From: a virus
Lineage: Duplodnaviria; Caudoviricetes
Length of the DNA stretch: 64,000 nt
IMG/VR virus record: IMGVR_UViG_3300005719_000009
Location: 1 to 64,000 of that record
Reading direction: 5' to 3' (one strand)
The stretch's first letter is position 1. Every line of letters starts with the position of its first letter. The position numbers and the translations under genes are program-made. Under the pieces are notes generated by a model that saw only the letters and a list, made by a program, of their open reading frames with translations, searched no databases and was not told the DNA's origin. This document shows positions 33,063 through 43,800 of the stretch, one piece after another.

Positions 33063-36000
33063 TATTGGTGTGGTTTATGTGGTTTACTTATTTTTGTTTT
33101 TGATACTTTTGTTGGCTTCGTACCGGAGTTTACACTTCCACCTCCACCACTTTCATACGTTGTTGTACCAACGCCCACAAAGCTCGGCAATCCAGTATAC
33201 AGTAGCGACATTGGGCCTTGCTCCTGCCACGCGTCTTTCACGTCGTTTATGATCATTGGTGTTAAGTGTTCCTTTACCTCGTCCGTCAGGTTAACATCTG
33301 CACCTACTGCTGTTCTTCCAGATAGAACATCTAATCCTATTGATGGAACTGGTGCTAATTTGCCACGGAAAAAACTAAACAACTTATCGGCTTTTGTATG
33401 TTGACCAAACCCACTGCCAAGCGGAACGATATTCCCATTGCTTTTCTTTTCCACCCCAGACATTAATTGTGAAGCAACCCTTATGTATTGCTGAAACCCG
33501 CCCCATATGTCCCATCTGGTATCTCCTGCATGTATTTTCCCGAAATCAGGGCTATTTGGGTTAGCCTCAACTTTAACGCCCGGAATCATTGCAAACAAAG
33601 TTAACGTTGTCGTGCCAGCCATAATCAAATTAGCCATATCATTCAACGCCATTAATCTCACCTCTTTAGGCAATGACGCATACCATACTGGATTTAGTAG
33701 ATTTATTCTTGATGCTATCAATCTGGGTGAGAAGAACATACTATTTAAAACTTTTGCCGCAGGCTCTAAATCTCCCAACTCGCCTCTACCAGTAGCTGCA
33801 TTTATAAATGCCCCCAGACCCTCGTATACATCCGGCCTCGTTTGTGGAGTTATACCTCGATCCGCCAAATCCTTAGCATACATAGTAAATACATCAACTC
33901 TTAACTTATTCAAATACGCCACATAAGCACGTTCACTTTTAGAAATAAGACCAGCCCCCGGAATTAATTTCTTGCCTCCCACTTTAAGGGTTTCTCCTAT
34001 TATTGGTATTTTCTCAGCAAGATTCGTCATAAATGCTTCCTCTTTCGCTGACAAATGTAAATTGTTTGGATCGGCTATGTATAATCCGAATTTAGATAAA
34101 ACATTTTTATAGTAATCACTTTCCTTTAAATCATAAAGCCACTTATCAAACCTATCTGGATTAATTGCCTGTCTAATGCTTTCCGCAAACGCCTTAGCGG
34201 CCATAAGCGGATGCGAAGTAGTAAGCACCAGCCCCTGCCTTAAAGGTGCTGATAAATCCACAGAAGCCATAAGCGTACGCGGGATGCCCAAAAATTCCCT
34301 AAATCGATCCCATCCCTTTTGCCCTCTTGTTCTGTTATTATACGCATTCTGCGCTATCTGCTTTTGCCATTCAATTTTCTTTTTAACATAAGCCTCTTTT
34401 AGCGTTTGTGCTTCCTTATCAAGCTCAATAGTGTTTTTTTCTTCTGGTTCAAAATCACCGGCATCTATTTTTCGCTGTATTTCCTCTGTCATTTTTTTAT
34501 ACCTTGACTTCAATGCTATCAATTTCTCTGACTCTGCTTTCTCTGGCCTGCCTTGCAATTCTTTTATTTGTTTTCGCAAATCCTCTATTTCCGCACTACG
34601 AAGCAATCTCGCTCGATTGCTTTTGGGTTGCGGCCCAGCTTTCAAAGCTTCCAGCCTATTTATATACTTTGCCTGAAGGTGTATTTCATAAGCCTTTTCT
34701 TGGAGGTCGTTTTTTGTTTGCTTTTTTGAATATTCCCCTGCTATTATATCGTGAATGTTTTTTTCACTTATCCCTTCAACTACGTCCTTCAGTTGCTCAT
34801 GTATGTTATTTATTATTTCAGGCAATTTCTCAATCCCCTCTTCAATTAAACTCTTAACCAATTTAGCCACATGAGGCGCTATTGCCGCCAACTGCGCAGT
34901 GCCGGGCAGGCTTATCATTGCTCCCTTTTCTCCCTTCGCTACTTTAAGCAAATCATCCCTCATTTTTGCTATAATATCTTTCCGTTCATTTACATAGTCT
35001 TCGTGAGTTCTTGATTTTGACGTTTGCTTCTTCTCAGATACCGCCTTCTTTAAAACACCTTCCGCCTTTAGTTTTGCATTTTCTGCGGCAAGCTTTTCAA
35101 CTCTTGCTCGATACGCGTCCCTGCTTGCCTGCATATCATCATATCTTGCCTTCACTCCTGCCGCCTGTTCTTCCGTCAATGGAACACCTAAATTTGCGTC
35201 TTTTGCCTGCTGGAAAAACGACGAAAGCGTTTCATCATTAAGCATAAACATTCTTCTGGCTCTAAATGCGGCCCCTTCTTCCGATCCGGCCTTGTCGCTG
35301 GCCCGGCTAAGTCGTTCAATTGCATCAAGCGTAGAATTAAATTCAGGAGTATTAACTTCTAAATTTTTCAACTTCACGTTTAACGCTCCCACCATTTTTG
35401 CAAACGCTACCTGCTCTGTATCTGTCATTGATTTGTCTCTGCCAGATAATAGCCTATCGGCTTTACCTTCAAAATCATACCCGTCTCTTATTAGGCTGTC
35501 GGCTTCTCTTTCAAGCGTTATATCGTCTTTTGTTGCGCGTGGTATCCTGTCAGTAAGCCCTAACTCACTGTATATTTTTTCAGTATCAGCATGAGCCAAT
35601 CTACCAACATCCCCATCTTCTGGATTAAATGGCAAATCAAACATATTTGGAGGTATCCCATCGCTCATTTTTGTTTCACTCTGACCAGCACTTTCTCCTT
35701 CGGTTGCACCTTGCGCTCCGGCAACTTCACCTGAATCGGGTATTCCTTCGCCCATCTGCTGGCTATCTCCGGGTGTTTCGCCCATAGAAACTTCCTCTGG
35801 GCCTCCGATTTGAACGGCATTTTCTTCTGGTTTTGTTTTAAATTCTTCAAAATCTATATCTTCGGCATTGATTTTTTTGCCCTTATTCTTATTTAATAAC
35901 ACATTAGCCCATTTATCAAAATCTCCATTTTTTATATCAGCAATATCAACATGCGTATATTTGGATATTTCACTTTCACTCATGACCCCTTGCTTATACT

Positions 36001-38146
36001 GCCTATATAAAATTCTTTTTTCTTCAGCCGACAATACTTTAGAAGCCTTTAGCATGCCCAAAACATCCACTTCTTGTTGATTAATTTGCTCTGTGTAGGA
36101 TTGCGGATATAATTCTTTTGCCTTATTCACTATCTCTTCGCCAAATGTCTCAATAGTTTGATTTAATGAATTTGGATCAGCAGCCTGTTCTGCTATATCT
36201 TTAAAATACCCCTCCAATTCCTTTTCGGTAGCATTCCTTAATGTATCAGTAACGAACCCCTCAATATTTCCTTTCTTAAATTCCTTATCAACGACTTTTT
36301 GCAATTCGCCTCGATCAGCCCCTTTCGATATATTTACAATTTCCTCATCCAGTTTTTTTATATCCTCTTTAATATCCGGATGATATGCTTTGTCTACTCT
36401 TTCAAGTTCTTCTTGAAGCAAATTCCTTTCTTTTATTTTTGCCTGAACCTTCAGGCGATCTAATTCAGGAATGTCTTCCGGAATGGAAGCATTTAATTGT
36501 TTTTGATCTCTTATTGCCTTTTGTGCTGCTTGTAACTCCTCAGTACTTATATACCCTGTCTCTTGGAGATTATTAAACTCCTGATCTATCACGTGCTCCG
36601 GCAATTTAGCCACACTGTGCACTATTTCATTGTATGTTGATTTTTTCAACAACTTAGGCGCTTTCGCAAGCATAGCAATACCTGCCGTCATAGTCACACC
36701 GCCTACCAGTTGAGGCAAAGTTCCTTCCATTGTATCAACAGGTATCCCAGCTTTTTGCGACATTAAATTCTTAACAACTTGCCCGCTGGCCCCTATTGCG
36801 CCAACTCCTAACCCTTCCATTATTTTCTTTGCGCCCTCTTCCCCAATTTGCTTCAACCCGCTACGAACCGAATTTTGTAGCAATGGAGTTGCTATATTAG
36901 TTGGCTTCAATGCCGCCTCGCCGCCTACAAAACCCATTGCGGCCCCGGTTGCAGCATCTACTGTTGCCTGTTTTTCGGCTAACTCCTTCGCTTGCTGATA
37001 AGCGGTGTAATCGGCCATTTCAGGATGCGTCCTTTTTATTTCAGCATAATTCATTTGCAACGCAGAAGCATAACCTAACTTATACATTTCATGCGCAGAT
37101 ATCCCAGACGCAGCAGCAGCCCCGGCGATAGGAGTGCCTAAGTAATTAGCTATCGCTCCCCCAACAATTGGCTTTATGGGTTGACCGCCTATCATAGCCC
37201 CGGCCTCTCCTGAAGTTCCAACAGGCACATCAATCGGGGTGTCCGGGTCTTGCTCTTTTATTTTACTATTTAGTTCTGATATTATTGCCGATTCGTTATC
37301 CGTTTTAGTGTACAATTCGTAATCCTTAAACAATTCATTCTTCTGCCTAAACCCTAAAGCCAAACTCCCCAAAAAACCATGTGGGGTATACAATACCCCT
37401 CTCAATGGGTCATAGTCAACATCACCTTTTATTATCTTGTCTACATTTTTACTTATTTTATTTTCCTTATCAGGATTATCTTGTCGATCTAACCTGTATA
37501 TGTCAGCTTTTAGTCTATTTGCTTCTGATGGATTTGTTTTGCTTAAATCTTTAACCCGTTGATTGATGGCAGTTCTTACCATGCCGGGGTTTTCTGCCAT
37601 TTCTGCTTTAAACTGCTGTATCTCATCATTGGTCACAGTAGTTTGCGGCCTTAGCTTACTTTCAATTTCAGCAACCTGCGGGCTTACCGGCATACCCTCT
37701 TTTGGATTACCCCCCAACAAAATGCTTTTCGATCTCCCCTCAATATCTTTTTTGTTATTATATATAAGATTGCCAATATTCCTATCAATATCTTGTATAT
37801 GCGCATTAACTCTATCAGAGGCCTGTGCCGTCTTTATTGTATGATCATCGATAGGCACCACATTCGCCTCTACCATCGGCTTGTATTTCTGACTTGGCAC
37901 ATTCAACCAATCTGTCATTGGCTTGAATTGGACTTGCGTTTGCTCTTGCTGTTTTGGCTTAGGCTGCTCCTGAACAGCTTCTTCTGTTACAACAGGATCA
38001 TATGTTGCCTTTGGGTTGAAAGTTGGTTTTTTACCTTTAGGCGTAGGCGTATCCTGAACGGCTTCGTAAGAAGCATTCGGATCAAACGATGGCTTTTCGC
38101 CAGTAGAAGGAAATGTTCTGCTACTCATACTGCCCAGTTTTTTCAT
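33062..38146 (-). CDS. Large DNA ejection / internal virion protein (1694 aa)
   Basis: Helical; Gly/Ala-rich hydrophobic stretches; LPD38-like C-terminus (RGKLAP...DVLSGRT..G); position after the tail genes. Confidence 0.6.
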   Translation of the reverse strand: MKKLGSMSSRTFPSTGEKPSFDPNASYEAVQDTPTPKGKKPTFNPKATYDPVVTEEAVQEQPKPKQQEQTQVQFKPMTDWLNVPSQKYKPMVEANVVPIDDHTIKTAQASDRVNAHIQDIDRNIGNLIYNNKKDIEGRSKSILLGGNPKEGMPVSPQVAEIESKLRPQTTVTNDEIQQFKAEMAENPGMVRTAINQRVKDLSKTNPSEANRLKADIYRLDRQDNPDKENKISKNVDKIIKGDVDYDPLRGVLYTPHGFLGSLALGFRQKNELFKDYELYTKTDNESAIISELNSKIKEQDPDTPIDVPVGTSGEAGAMIGGQPIKPIVGGAIANYLGTPIAGAAAASGISAHEMYKLGYASALQMNYAEIKRTHPEMADYTAYQQAKELAEKQATVDAATGAAMGFVGGEAALKPTNIATPLLQNSVRSGLKQIGEEGAKKIMEGLGVGAIGASGQVVKNLMSQKAGIPVDTMEGTLPQLVGGVTMTAGIAMLAKAPKLLKKSTYNEIVHSVAKLPEHVIDQEFNNLQETGYISTEELQAAQKAIRDQKQLNASIPEDIPELDRLKVQAKIKERNLLQEELERVDKAYHPDIKEDIKKLDEEIVNISKGADRGELQKVVDKEFKKGNIEGFVTDTLRNATEKELEGYFKDIAEQAADPNSLNQTIETFGEEIVNKAKELYPQSYTEQINQQEVDVLGMLKASKVLSAEEKRILYRQYKQGVMSESEISKYTHVDIADIKNGDFDKWANVLLNKNKGKKINAEDIDFEEFKTKPEENAVQIGGPEEVSMGETPGDSQQMGEGIPDSGEVAGAQGATEGESAGQSETKMSDGIPPNMFDLPFNPEDGDVGRLAHADTEKIYSELGLTDRIPRATKDDITLEREADSLIRDGYDFEGKADRLLSGRDKSMTDTEQVAFAKMVGALNVKLKNLEVNTPEFNSTLDAIERLSRASDKAGSEEGAAFRARRMFMLNDETLSSFFQQAKDANLGVPLTEEQAAGVKARYDDMQASRDAYRARVEKLAAENAKLKAEGVLKKAVSEKKQTSKSRTHEDYVNERKDIIAKMRDDLLKVAKGEKGAMISLPGTAQLAAIAPHVAKLVKSLIEEGIEKLPEIINNIHEQLKDVVEGISEKNIHDIIAGEYSKKQTKNDLQEKAYEIHLQAKYINRLEALKAGPQPKSNRARLLRSAEIEDLRKQIKELQGRPEKAESEKLIALKSRYKKMTEEIQRKIDAGDFEPEEKNTIELDKEAQTLKEAYVKKKIEWQKQIAQNAYNNRTRGQKGWDRFREFLGIPRTLMASVDLSAPLRQGLVLTTSHPLMAAKAFAESIRQAINPDRFDKWLYDLKESDYYKNVLSKFGLYIADPNNLHLSAKEEAFMTNLAEKIPIIGETLKVGGKKLIPGAGLISKSERAYVAYLNKLRVDVFTMYAKDLADRGITPQTRPDVYEGLGAFINAATGRGELGDLEPAAKVLNSMFFSPRLIASRINLLNPVWYASLPKEVRLMALNDMANLIMAGTTTLTLFAMIPGVKVEANPNSPDFGKIHAGDTRWDIWGGFQQYIRVASQLMSGVEKKSNGNIVPLGSGFGQHTKADKLFSFFRGKLAPVPSIGLDVLSGRTAVGADVNLTDEVKEHLTPMIINDVKDAWQEQGPMSLLYTGLPSFVGVGTTTYESGGGGSVNSGTKPTKVSKTKISKPHKPHQ
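35665..35820 (-). CDS. Overprinted 51-aa gene (MPFKSEAQRKFLWAKHPEIASRWAKEYP...) nested in the +1 frame of the ejection protein
   Basis: Resembles a widespread stand-alone phage small-protein family; A at -3, -6, -12 and -13 fits the Bacteroidota TIR. Confidence 0.65.
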   Translation of the reverse strand: MPFKSEAQRKFLWAKHPEIASRWAKEYPIQVKLPERKVQPKEKVLVRVKQK

Positions 38147-39668
38147 TCCAAGTATACGTATAACCGCCCTGCTTAACGACTCTTGGCTTACCGGCTGGCA
38201 ACGGGTGTGATTCCGTTTTTGTCGCCCCTTTCATTGTCCCGCTTAATTGTTTTTTTGTTTGCCCTTTATACCCCAATGCCAAATATGCCTGATCCAAAGA
38301 TATCGGCTTACTAAAATCTTCGTCTATTACCGGATTGCCACTTTCGTCCTTCGCTACGCTTACGCCTATCTTTTTACCGCTTTTATCGTGTTCCTCTTGA
38401 TATTTATAAAATATCGGCAACACCTTATCATCCAGCGTAACGAATAACCTATCTGGCTCCTGCCCATTTCTTGACAAAGATTTAGCAACTACTCCATCTA
38501 ATTGTATTTCATGCGCTCCTTTAATTGTAAGTGGATTGTTTGGGTCTTGAAATGTTGTTGGCTGTCCCTGTCTTGCTTCATCAATCCGCTTGCTCCAATA
38601 ATTATCAACCCACGAATCATTCAATTCTGCATCATTTGGATTTAATTTTTTCCTTAATGCTATCAAGTCTTTTGCATCCGCTTGTTTTATTGCCTGCATT
38701 TGTTTTTGCCTATTGAACTTCAAATCCTCAATGGCCTTTAGATTTTGTCTGAAGGCAGGCGCTACCTCGCGTGGCGCATTGTCAATAGCATACTTCATTG
38801 CCTGATATGACGCAAAATTTTCTGCTTTACTGTCTGGATTTTTAGGCAACAACTCTTGTGGCTCTTGCAACCCTATTTTCTCCCAATATTCCTTTGGCAA
38901 TGATTGGTATTTTTTTATAGTGCTTGCAATTTCTTCTTCTGGCAAATGATCCCATTGATATGCAGCATCTCTCCCGGATTGACGCATAGCCATTGCCCCC
39001 AACAAATAATCCTTCACCTGACCCGGAGTGTTCCCATATTCGTGCATTGGTGTTTTAAACTGTAACCCATCATCAACCAACACCTCTTTACCTGCAATCT
39101 TTCTCGGAGTACCCACCGCCTCTTTTATCATTTTACCAAAATCAGTGCTCATCCCTTTATATCTGTAGTCGTCAAAATTAGTCAAGTCCCCATATTCAGG
39201 ATGATTCCCGACTGCACTTAATGGCGTATTCATCAAAGTTGCTATTCTTTTCCCATAGTCATCCGCCATTCCATTTGGATTTCGCATAGCCTCAGATACA
39301 AGATTTTTTTGCAATTCCTTTAACTCTTGACTTTTATTAGAAGCAGAAAACACATTCTGATATGCCCTTTGGGCGGCTTGCTGTAATTGATTATACGCAA
39401 GCGGGTCTTTCTGCAAATCTTTATTAAATAATAACTGTTGTTTTAACCCTTTATAATCCTGCCATGACTTTATCACTTCAGGAGTATCTACGGCCCGAAC
39501 CTTGCCTATTTCCTTTTGAATGCTGGCATCCAAAGCAGCATTTTCTTGCTGTTGCCTAACTTGCCTTATCTTTTGCTCCTGATATAATTGTTGCGCAGCC
39601 CGATCTAAATAAGGCGTAGTTACCGCTACAATATCCCCATACGGAGCGTTGATTCTTTGTGTTGCCAT
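38121..39668 (-). CDS. Ejection / internal virion protein
   Basis: Q/A-rich helical N-terminus; position. Confidence 0.5.
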   Translation of the reverse strand: MATQRINAPYGDIVAVTTPYLDRAAQQLYQEQKIRQVRQQQENAALDASIQKEIGKVRAVDTPEVIKSWQDYKGLKQQLLFNKDLQKDPLAYNQLQQAAQRAYQNVFSASNKSQELKELQKNLVSEAMRNPNGMADDYGKRIATLMNTPLSAVGNHPEYGDLTNFDDYRYKGMSTDFGKMIKEAVGTPRKIAGKEVLVDDGLQFKTPMHEYGNTPGQVKDYLLGAMAMRQSGRDAAYQWDHLPEEEIASTIKKYQSLPKEYWEKIGLQEPQELLPKNPDSKAENFASYQAMKYAIDNAPREVAPAFRQNLKAIEDLKFNRQKQMQAIKQADAKDLIALRKKLNPNDAELNDSWVDNYWSKRIDEARQGQPTTFQDPNNPLTIKGAHEIQLDGVVAKSLSRNGQEPDRLFVTLDDKVLPIFYKYQEEHDKSGKKIGVSVAKDESGNPVIDEDFSKPISLDQAYLALGYKGQTKKQLSGTMKGATKTESHPLPAGKPRVVKQGGYTYTWNEKTGQYE

Positions 39669-39671
39669 TTA

Positions 39672-40391
39672 TTAATACGGATTTTCAAAACCAGAGTAAT
39701 CTGAACCAGCCCCATATCCATTATAATACGTAGGATCGCCTGTTGATCCTGCGTTCATTTTCTTTTGCCCCCCCGCGCCTCCGCCTCCTTGCCCAAACAA
39801 TAACTGAGCACCACCGCCCAATAATCTGTCCGCACCAGACAACAAATTTTGATTTCCCTGCCCGAGTAACCCCATATAGTAATTCTTATCCTCTTGGTAT
39901 GGCTGCATTTTGTTTACACTAAAAGCCTTATCTCTGTACTGGGCTGTTTGCGCACCTATGCCATACAGCGTTCTTTGATTTTGCATCCTTGCCTGTGCAT
40001 CTGCGGCATCTAAGTTCAATGTCGCATCATTTGATTGACGCGCTAATTTAGGTAGCGCCATTAATGCGGAGCGCCTATCAGCAGCCCCGGCCAATAATGA
40101 ATTTTGTGTTCTTTGGATGTTCTGCATAGCATTGTTATACTGCTGAGAAGGCAACCCTTCATTAGCCGATAGCTCTGCCATCTTTTGATTCCGAAGAATC
40201 TCCTGCGGTATATCATACTGAGGTCGGCTTAGTTTTGCCAACTCCTTTTTCGCTTTCCTCCTTTGAAAAAAACCTACCGCCCCAGACAATAGGCCTCCCG
40301 CAATGTTTGACGTTGCCTGAGCGAGACCACCGCCTCCCTGCCCTCCGCCTGAAGAACCCATACTGCTCATTAACATGCTTGCAACTGGCAT
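39672..40391 (-). CDS. Small ejection (pilot) protein
   Basis: Gly-rich hydrophobic ends with a central Q-rich helix. Confidence 0.6.
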   Translation of the reverse strand: MPVASMLMSSMGSSGGGQGGGGLAQATSNIAGGLLSGAVGFFQRRKAKKELAKLSRPQYDIPQEILRNQKMAELSANEGLPSQQYNNAMQNIQRTQNSLLAGAADRRSALMALPKLARQSNDATLNLDAADAQARMQNQRTLYGIGAQTAQYRDKAFSVNKMQPYQEDKNYYMGLLGQGNQNLLSGADRLLGGGAQLLFGQGGGGAGGQKKMNAGSTGDPTYYNGYGAGSDYSGFENPY

Positions 40392-40393
40392 AA

Positions 40394-40810
40394 TTAAATA
40401 CTTAAAAGTGTTATTAAATTATTCGACTTTTCCACCCTCATCCCAAATCTTTTTAGAAAATTTATGGCCCTTGTATTAACATTGAAAAGGAAACATTCAA
40501 AATGCTCCCCCACGTTGTCTTTAATAAATTCAGAAAAAAGAATAAGATTCTCCTTGTTTCTAAATTTCGGATTTAGACAGAAACTTATCAACAGTCGTTC
40601 CGAATAAAATACATACCCAATTTCCGAATTTACAAAAATACATTTCCTATCACGTGAATGTTCAACTATTTTTCTATACACATCTTCAGCCGCCTCTTCT
40701 ATAGTTGTGACCATACTTGTCGGGTCGTAGTACCTTAAAAGATCAACATCTTCTTTGAAATGATTGTATATATCTTCTTTCATCATAAATTTCTCGGATC
40801 GGCCTTCCAC
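40394..40810 (-). CDS. GNAT-fold-like protein (T7 gp13-like position)
   Basis: N.RAINFLKRFGM motif B; located between tail and ejection genes. Confidence 0.5.
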   Translation of the reverse strand: MEGRSEKFMMKEDIYNHFKEDVDLLRYYDPTSMVTTIEEAAEDVYRKIVEHSRDRKCIFVNSEIGYVFYSERLLISFCLNPKFRNKENLILFSEFIKDNVGEHFECFLFNVNTRAINFLKRFGMRVEKSNNLITLLSI

Positions 40811-43800
40811 GTTACATATGGCGCGTATAAATACGAGTCAGTATTTCCAGAATAAGACAACTTGACTATGATAATATTCCCCGTCATATAATCGCCTTCC
40901 CATAATGCAACGGCTTCGTCCGACATGCTATTTTGATCTCTATTAAAGGCGGCATATCTACTTGGGTTTTCAAGAATATCAAAATCCTCTTCCATAATCA
41001 GGCTTTCCTGCTGAACCAACGTTTGACTATTTACCCTATTAGTTGCAATATCCCCTTTCGTTGGCGCGGCCCATGTTTTATTACTCTGATAAGAAATGGC
41101 ATTGAATACCTTCTTTACCGCCTCCGATTCATTAAACACGACCGTTATGCTTGGCGTATATTGTACTCCAAAAAAATTAGAAACAAATGCATCACTACTT
41201 TGCTCCCACAATTCGCCATTCTTAAACGCATATAATTTGTTTTCTGCACAAATTATACTATCTGCATCAATGTCTATTTTCGAATAAAATGAATTATATG
41301 ATTCTTCGAAAGCGAAAACCTCACCCGGAGCATCTTGCGTACCTTGCGCCAAAAGCAAATATTCGGCAACATTATCCGGTCTTATATTAAACGTTCCAAG
41401 CACCTTTTGTTTACCTCCAAATTCGTAATCTCCCGGATTCAAGTATTTTGGCAGATTGTCAGAAGCCCATGTTTTCACTTTATACAGCTCCGAGAGGTCA
41501 GTCATGCCATCCCTCGACAGCCTCCATATAACGTTTTTAATTGGGTCAACCCCATAATAAACAAAGCCACTTTGCACAACGCTCATCGGCAAAGACCCAA
41601 CCCCATATTCTCCTGCATAATATTGGACATTATTTTTCGTAATTATACCATCAGTAGTTACAACTTGATTATTGCCATCATTACTCGCGATATACTTAGA
41701 ATATATTCCAGTTTGCCCACATTTTCGTTCTTGGAAAAACGTAAGCACCCTATCCCATACACTCATACGCATAATGCCTCCCTTAGATCGATCCACTGTG
41801 TCAAAATTCTCCGGGTAAAACCGGCTTGTTTGATTGACGTTAGTATCCTCCTGATATGGCATAGACCATCTGTGCATTGTAGGGTATGTTACCCGGTTTG
41901 CATTTTCATCAAATATCCACTCCCTCCCATTTGAGTTTACCGCAGACTGATAATAATCGGAAAAATTCGGGTCAATGCATTTTTGACTTATAACATGGTC
42001 AATGGTAAATGTTAATTCTGATGCCGAAAACGTTATGCTTCTTTTTTTGCTCCCTACGGATGCAGCAATTAAAAATATCCTGTCGTTTTCTAATGTAATA
42101 GAACTATTAATTGTAAACGTATGCGCCCCTTCAGAGGCATCAAACGCCCCTACTAAATTCAATTGATCAGTATATATATTCTGCAAATAAATTCGCCATG
42201 CATCACCCCCCGGATTCACTTCCCCAAAAGTCAGCGTTATTGTTCCTGAAATTTTAAATGTTGTAGAAGCTACTGCCTTTAAAAACCACCGGGAGTCCGC
42301 TGGCGGATCAAAGCTGCCGCCTAAATTTGCTAAAGGAGCGCTTTGCGCCGTTACATTAGAATCAGTATATGTTGACCCGGTAAAATTCAATCCTATTAAA
42401 AACGTATCGCTTTGGCTCCCAGTGCTGCCTTGCGTTACAGAATATCTATATACATTCCCTGTTTGTATAGCTCTGTTTTTAATGTAAAAATCCCCTTTAA
42501 AAAATTCGTACGTAGCCGGTGTGGCATAATTCGATGTTTGATTTTGAAGCATGCCTTGATGAAATCTATTGCTTAGTGTCGGATTGGCAATGGCATATCT
42601 CTGACCAAATTCATAATACAAATTAAGATTATTTGCTACCGGGCGCGCTGGCGTATAAATCTCAATAAAATAATTATCGTACCCAGTTCCAAAATCAAAA
42701 GACCCGTCTGTTGGCGGTAGTATGATTTTAATAAATTGACCGGATTTCGCTTCCCCATTTATTGCCGGGTTTATTACTGATGCGACCACTTCATAGTCCC
42801 GTACATCGCCATATATATTCGCTGTTGACCCGTCTCCATTATAACGCTTCATTACCTTTACACGGTCCCCCGGCGTGAACCCATAGGCAAGTGGACTTCC
42901 GGGATTTAAATTAACAAACGCATTCAATGACTCAATACTGAAATATGCGTATTTCACAATCCCCGTTATATCTACTGTATCCTTAAATGTTCTATCTGAA
43001 ATCCATTGAACAAAAGTTTGCTTACTAAGGTCTTTTGTCCGAACCCATTGAAAATAATAAGCCCAATCAGGTGGCTGATGATAAATACTGGCCAAAAAAC
43101 GCTGAATAAACGGCGACGTAGGAGATGCCTCCAAATACGCCAAAGATGTGACAGAAAAACCAGATGTATATACGGCACCATTTGTCCTGTATTTTTCATC
43201 AAAATACACAATCGCATAGCCATGCCTGCTCGACCAATCATACGCGGGGAAAGATGTGTTGATAGTCGAATTGTATGAATAATCTGACAATATATTAGTT
43301 CTTGCCAAACTAATTCCGGCCTTAGAAATATACAAATCATTAGGCCCACTACTTATTATGGTGTACCCTTGCGAAAGAGCGTCTACCCTTAACCCCTCAA
43401 TCACCGCTGCGGCATCATCCCCGGTAGAAAGAGAATACGATACCGTTGATCCGTTTGTTAAATAAACCACATAATCATCAAGAGAAGACGATGGGGATTG
43501 AACTGTGCCCCTCACAACTATATGTATAACCCCCGTCCCAAACCCACTTTTCCCGTCTTGATTTGCTATCAAATTACTGAACAATACCCCGCTGTAGTAC
43601 GGCGTCACATCGGATTGCGTTATGTTGCTTGTGTTGCCATTAAATGAAAAATCCGTTAAATTAGGGTACCCCTCTGTTACGTTACCGTAATCAAGCGTGT
43701 TGCCGTTTAATAGGGCTTGCGCTATACAAGCCTGTGGCACGTAGTCCTGCAACTGATCGCTTTCCGCAATTAAAATATTATTATACCCTTTGTCATTATA

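Noticed and set aside
33062-38146. crAss-type virion RNA polymerase
   Set aside because: The only DxDxD is GDVDYDP near the N-terminus, without double-psi-barrel context; composition fits a helical ejection protein. A profile search would be needed to exclude it fully.
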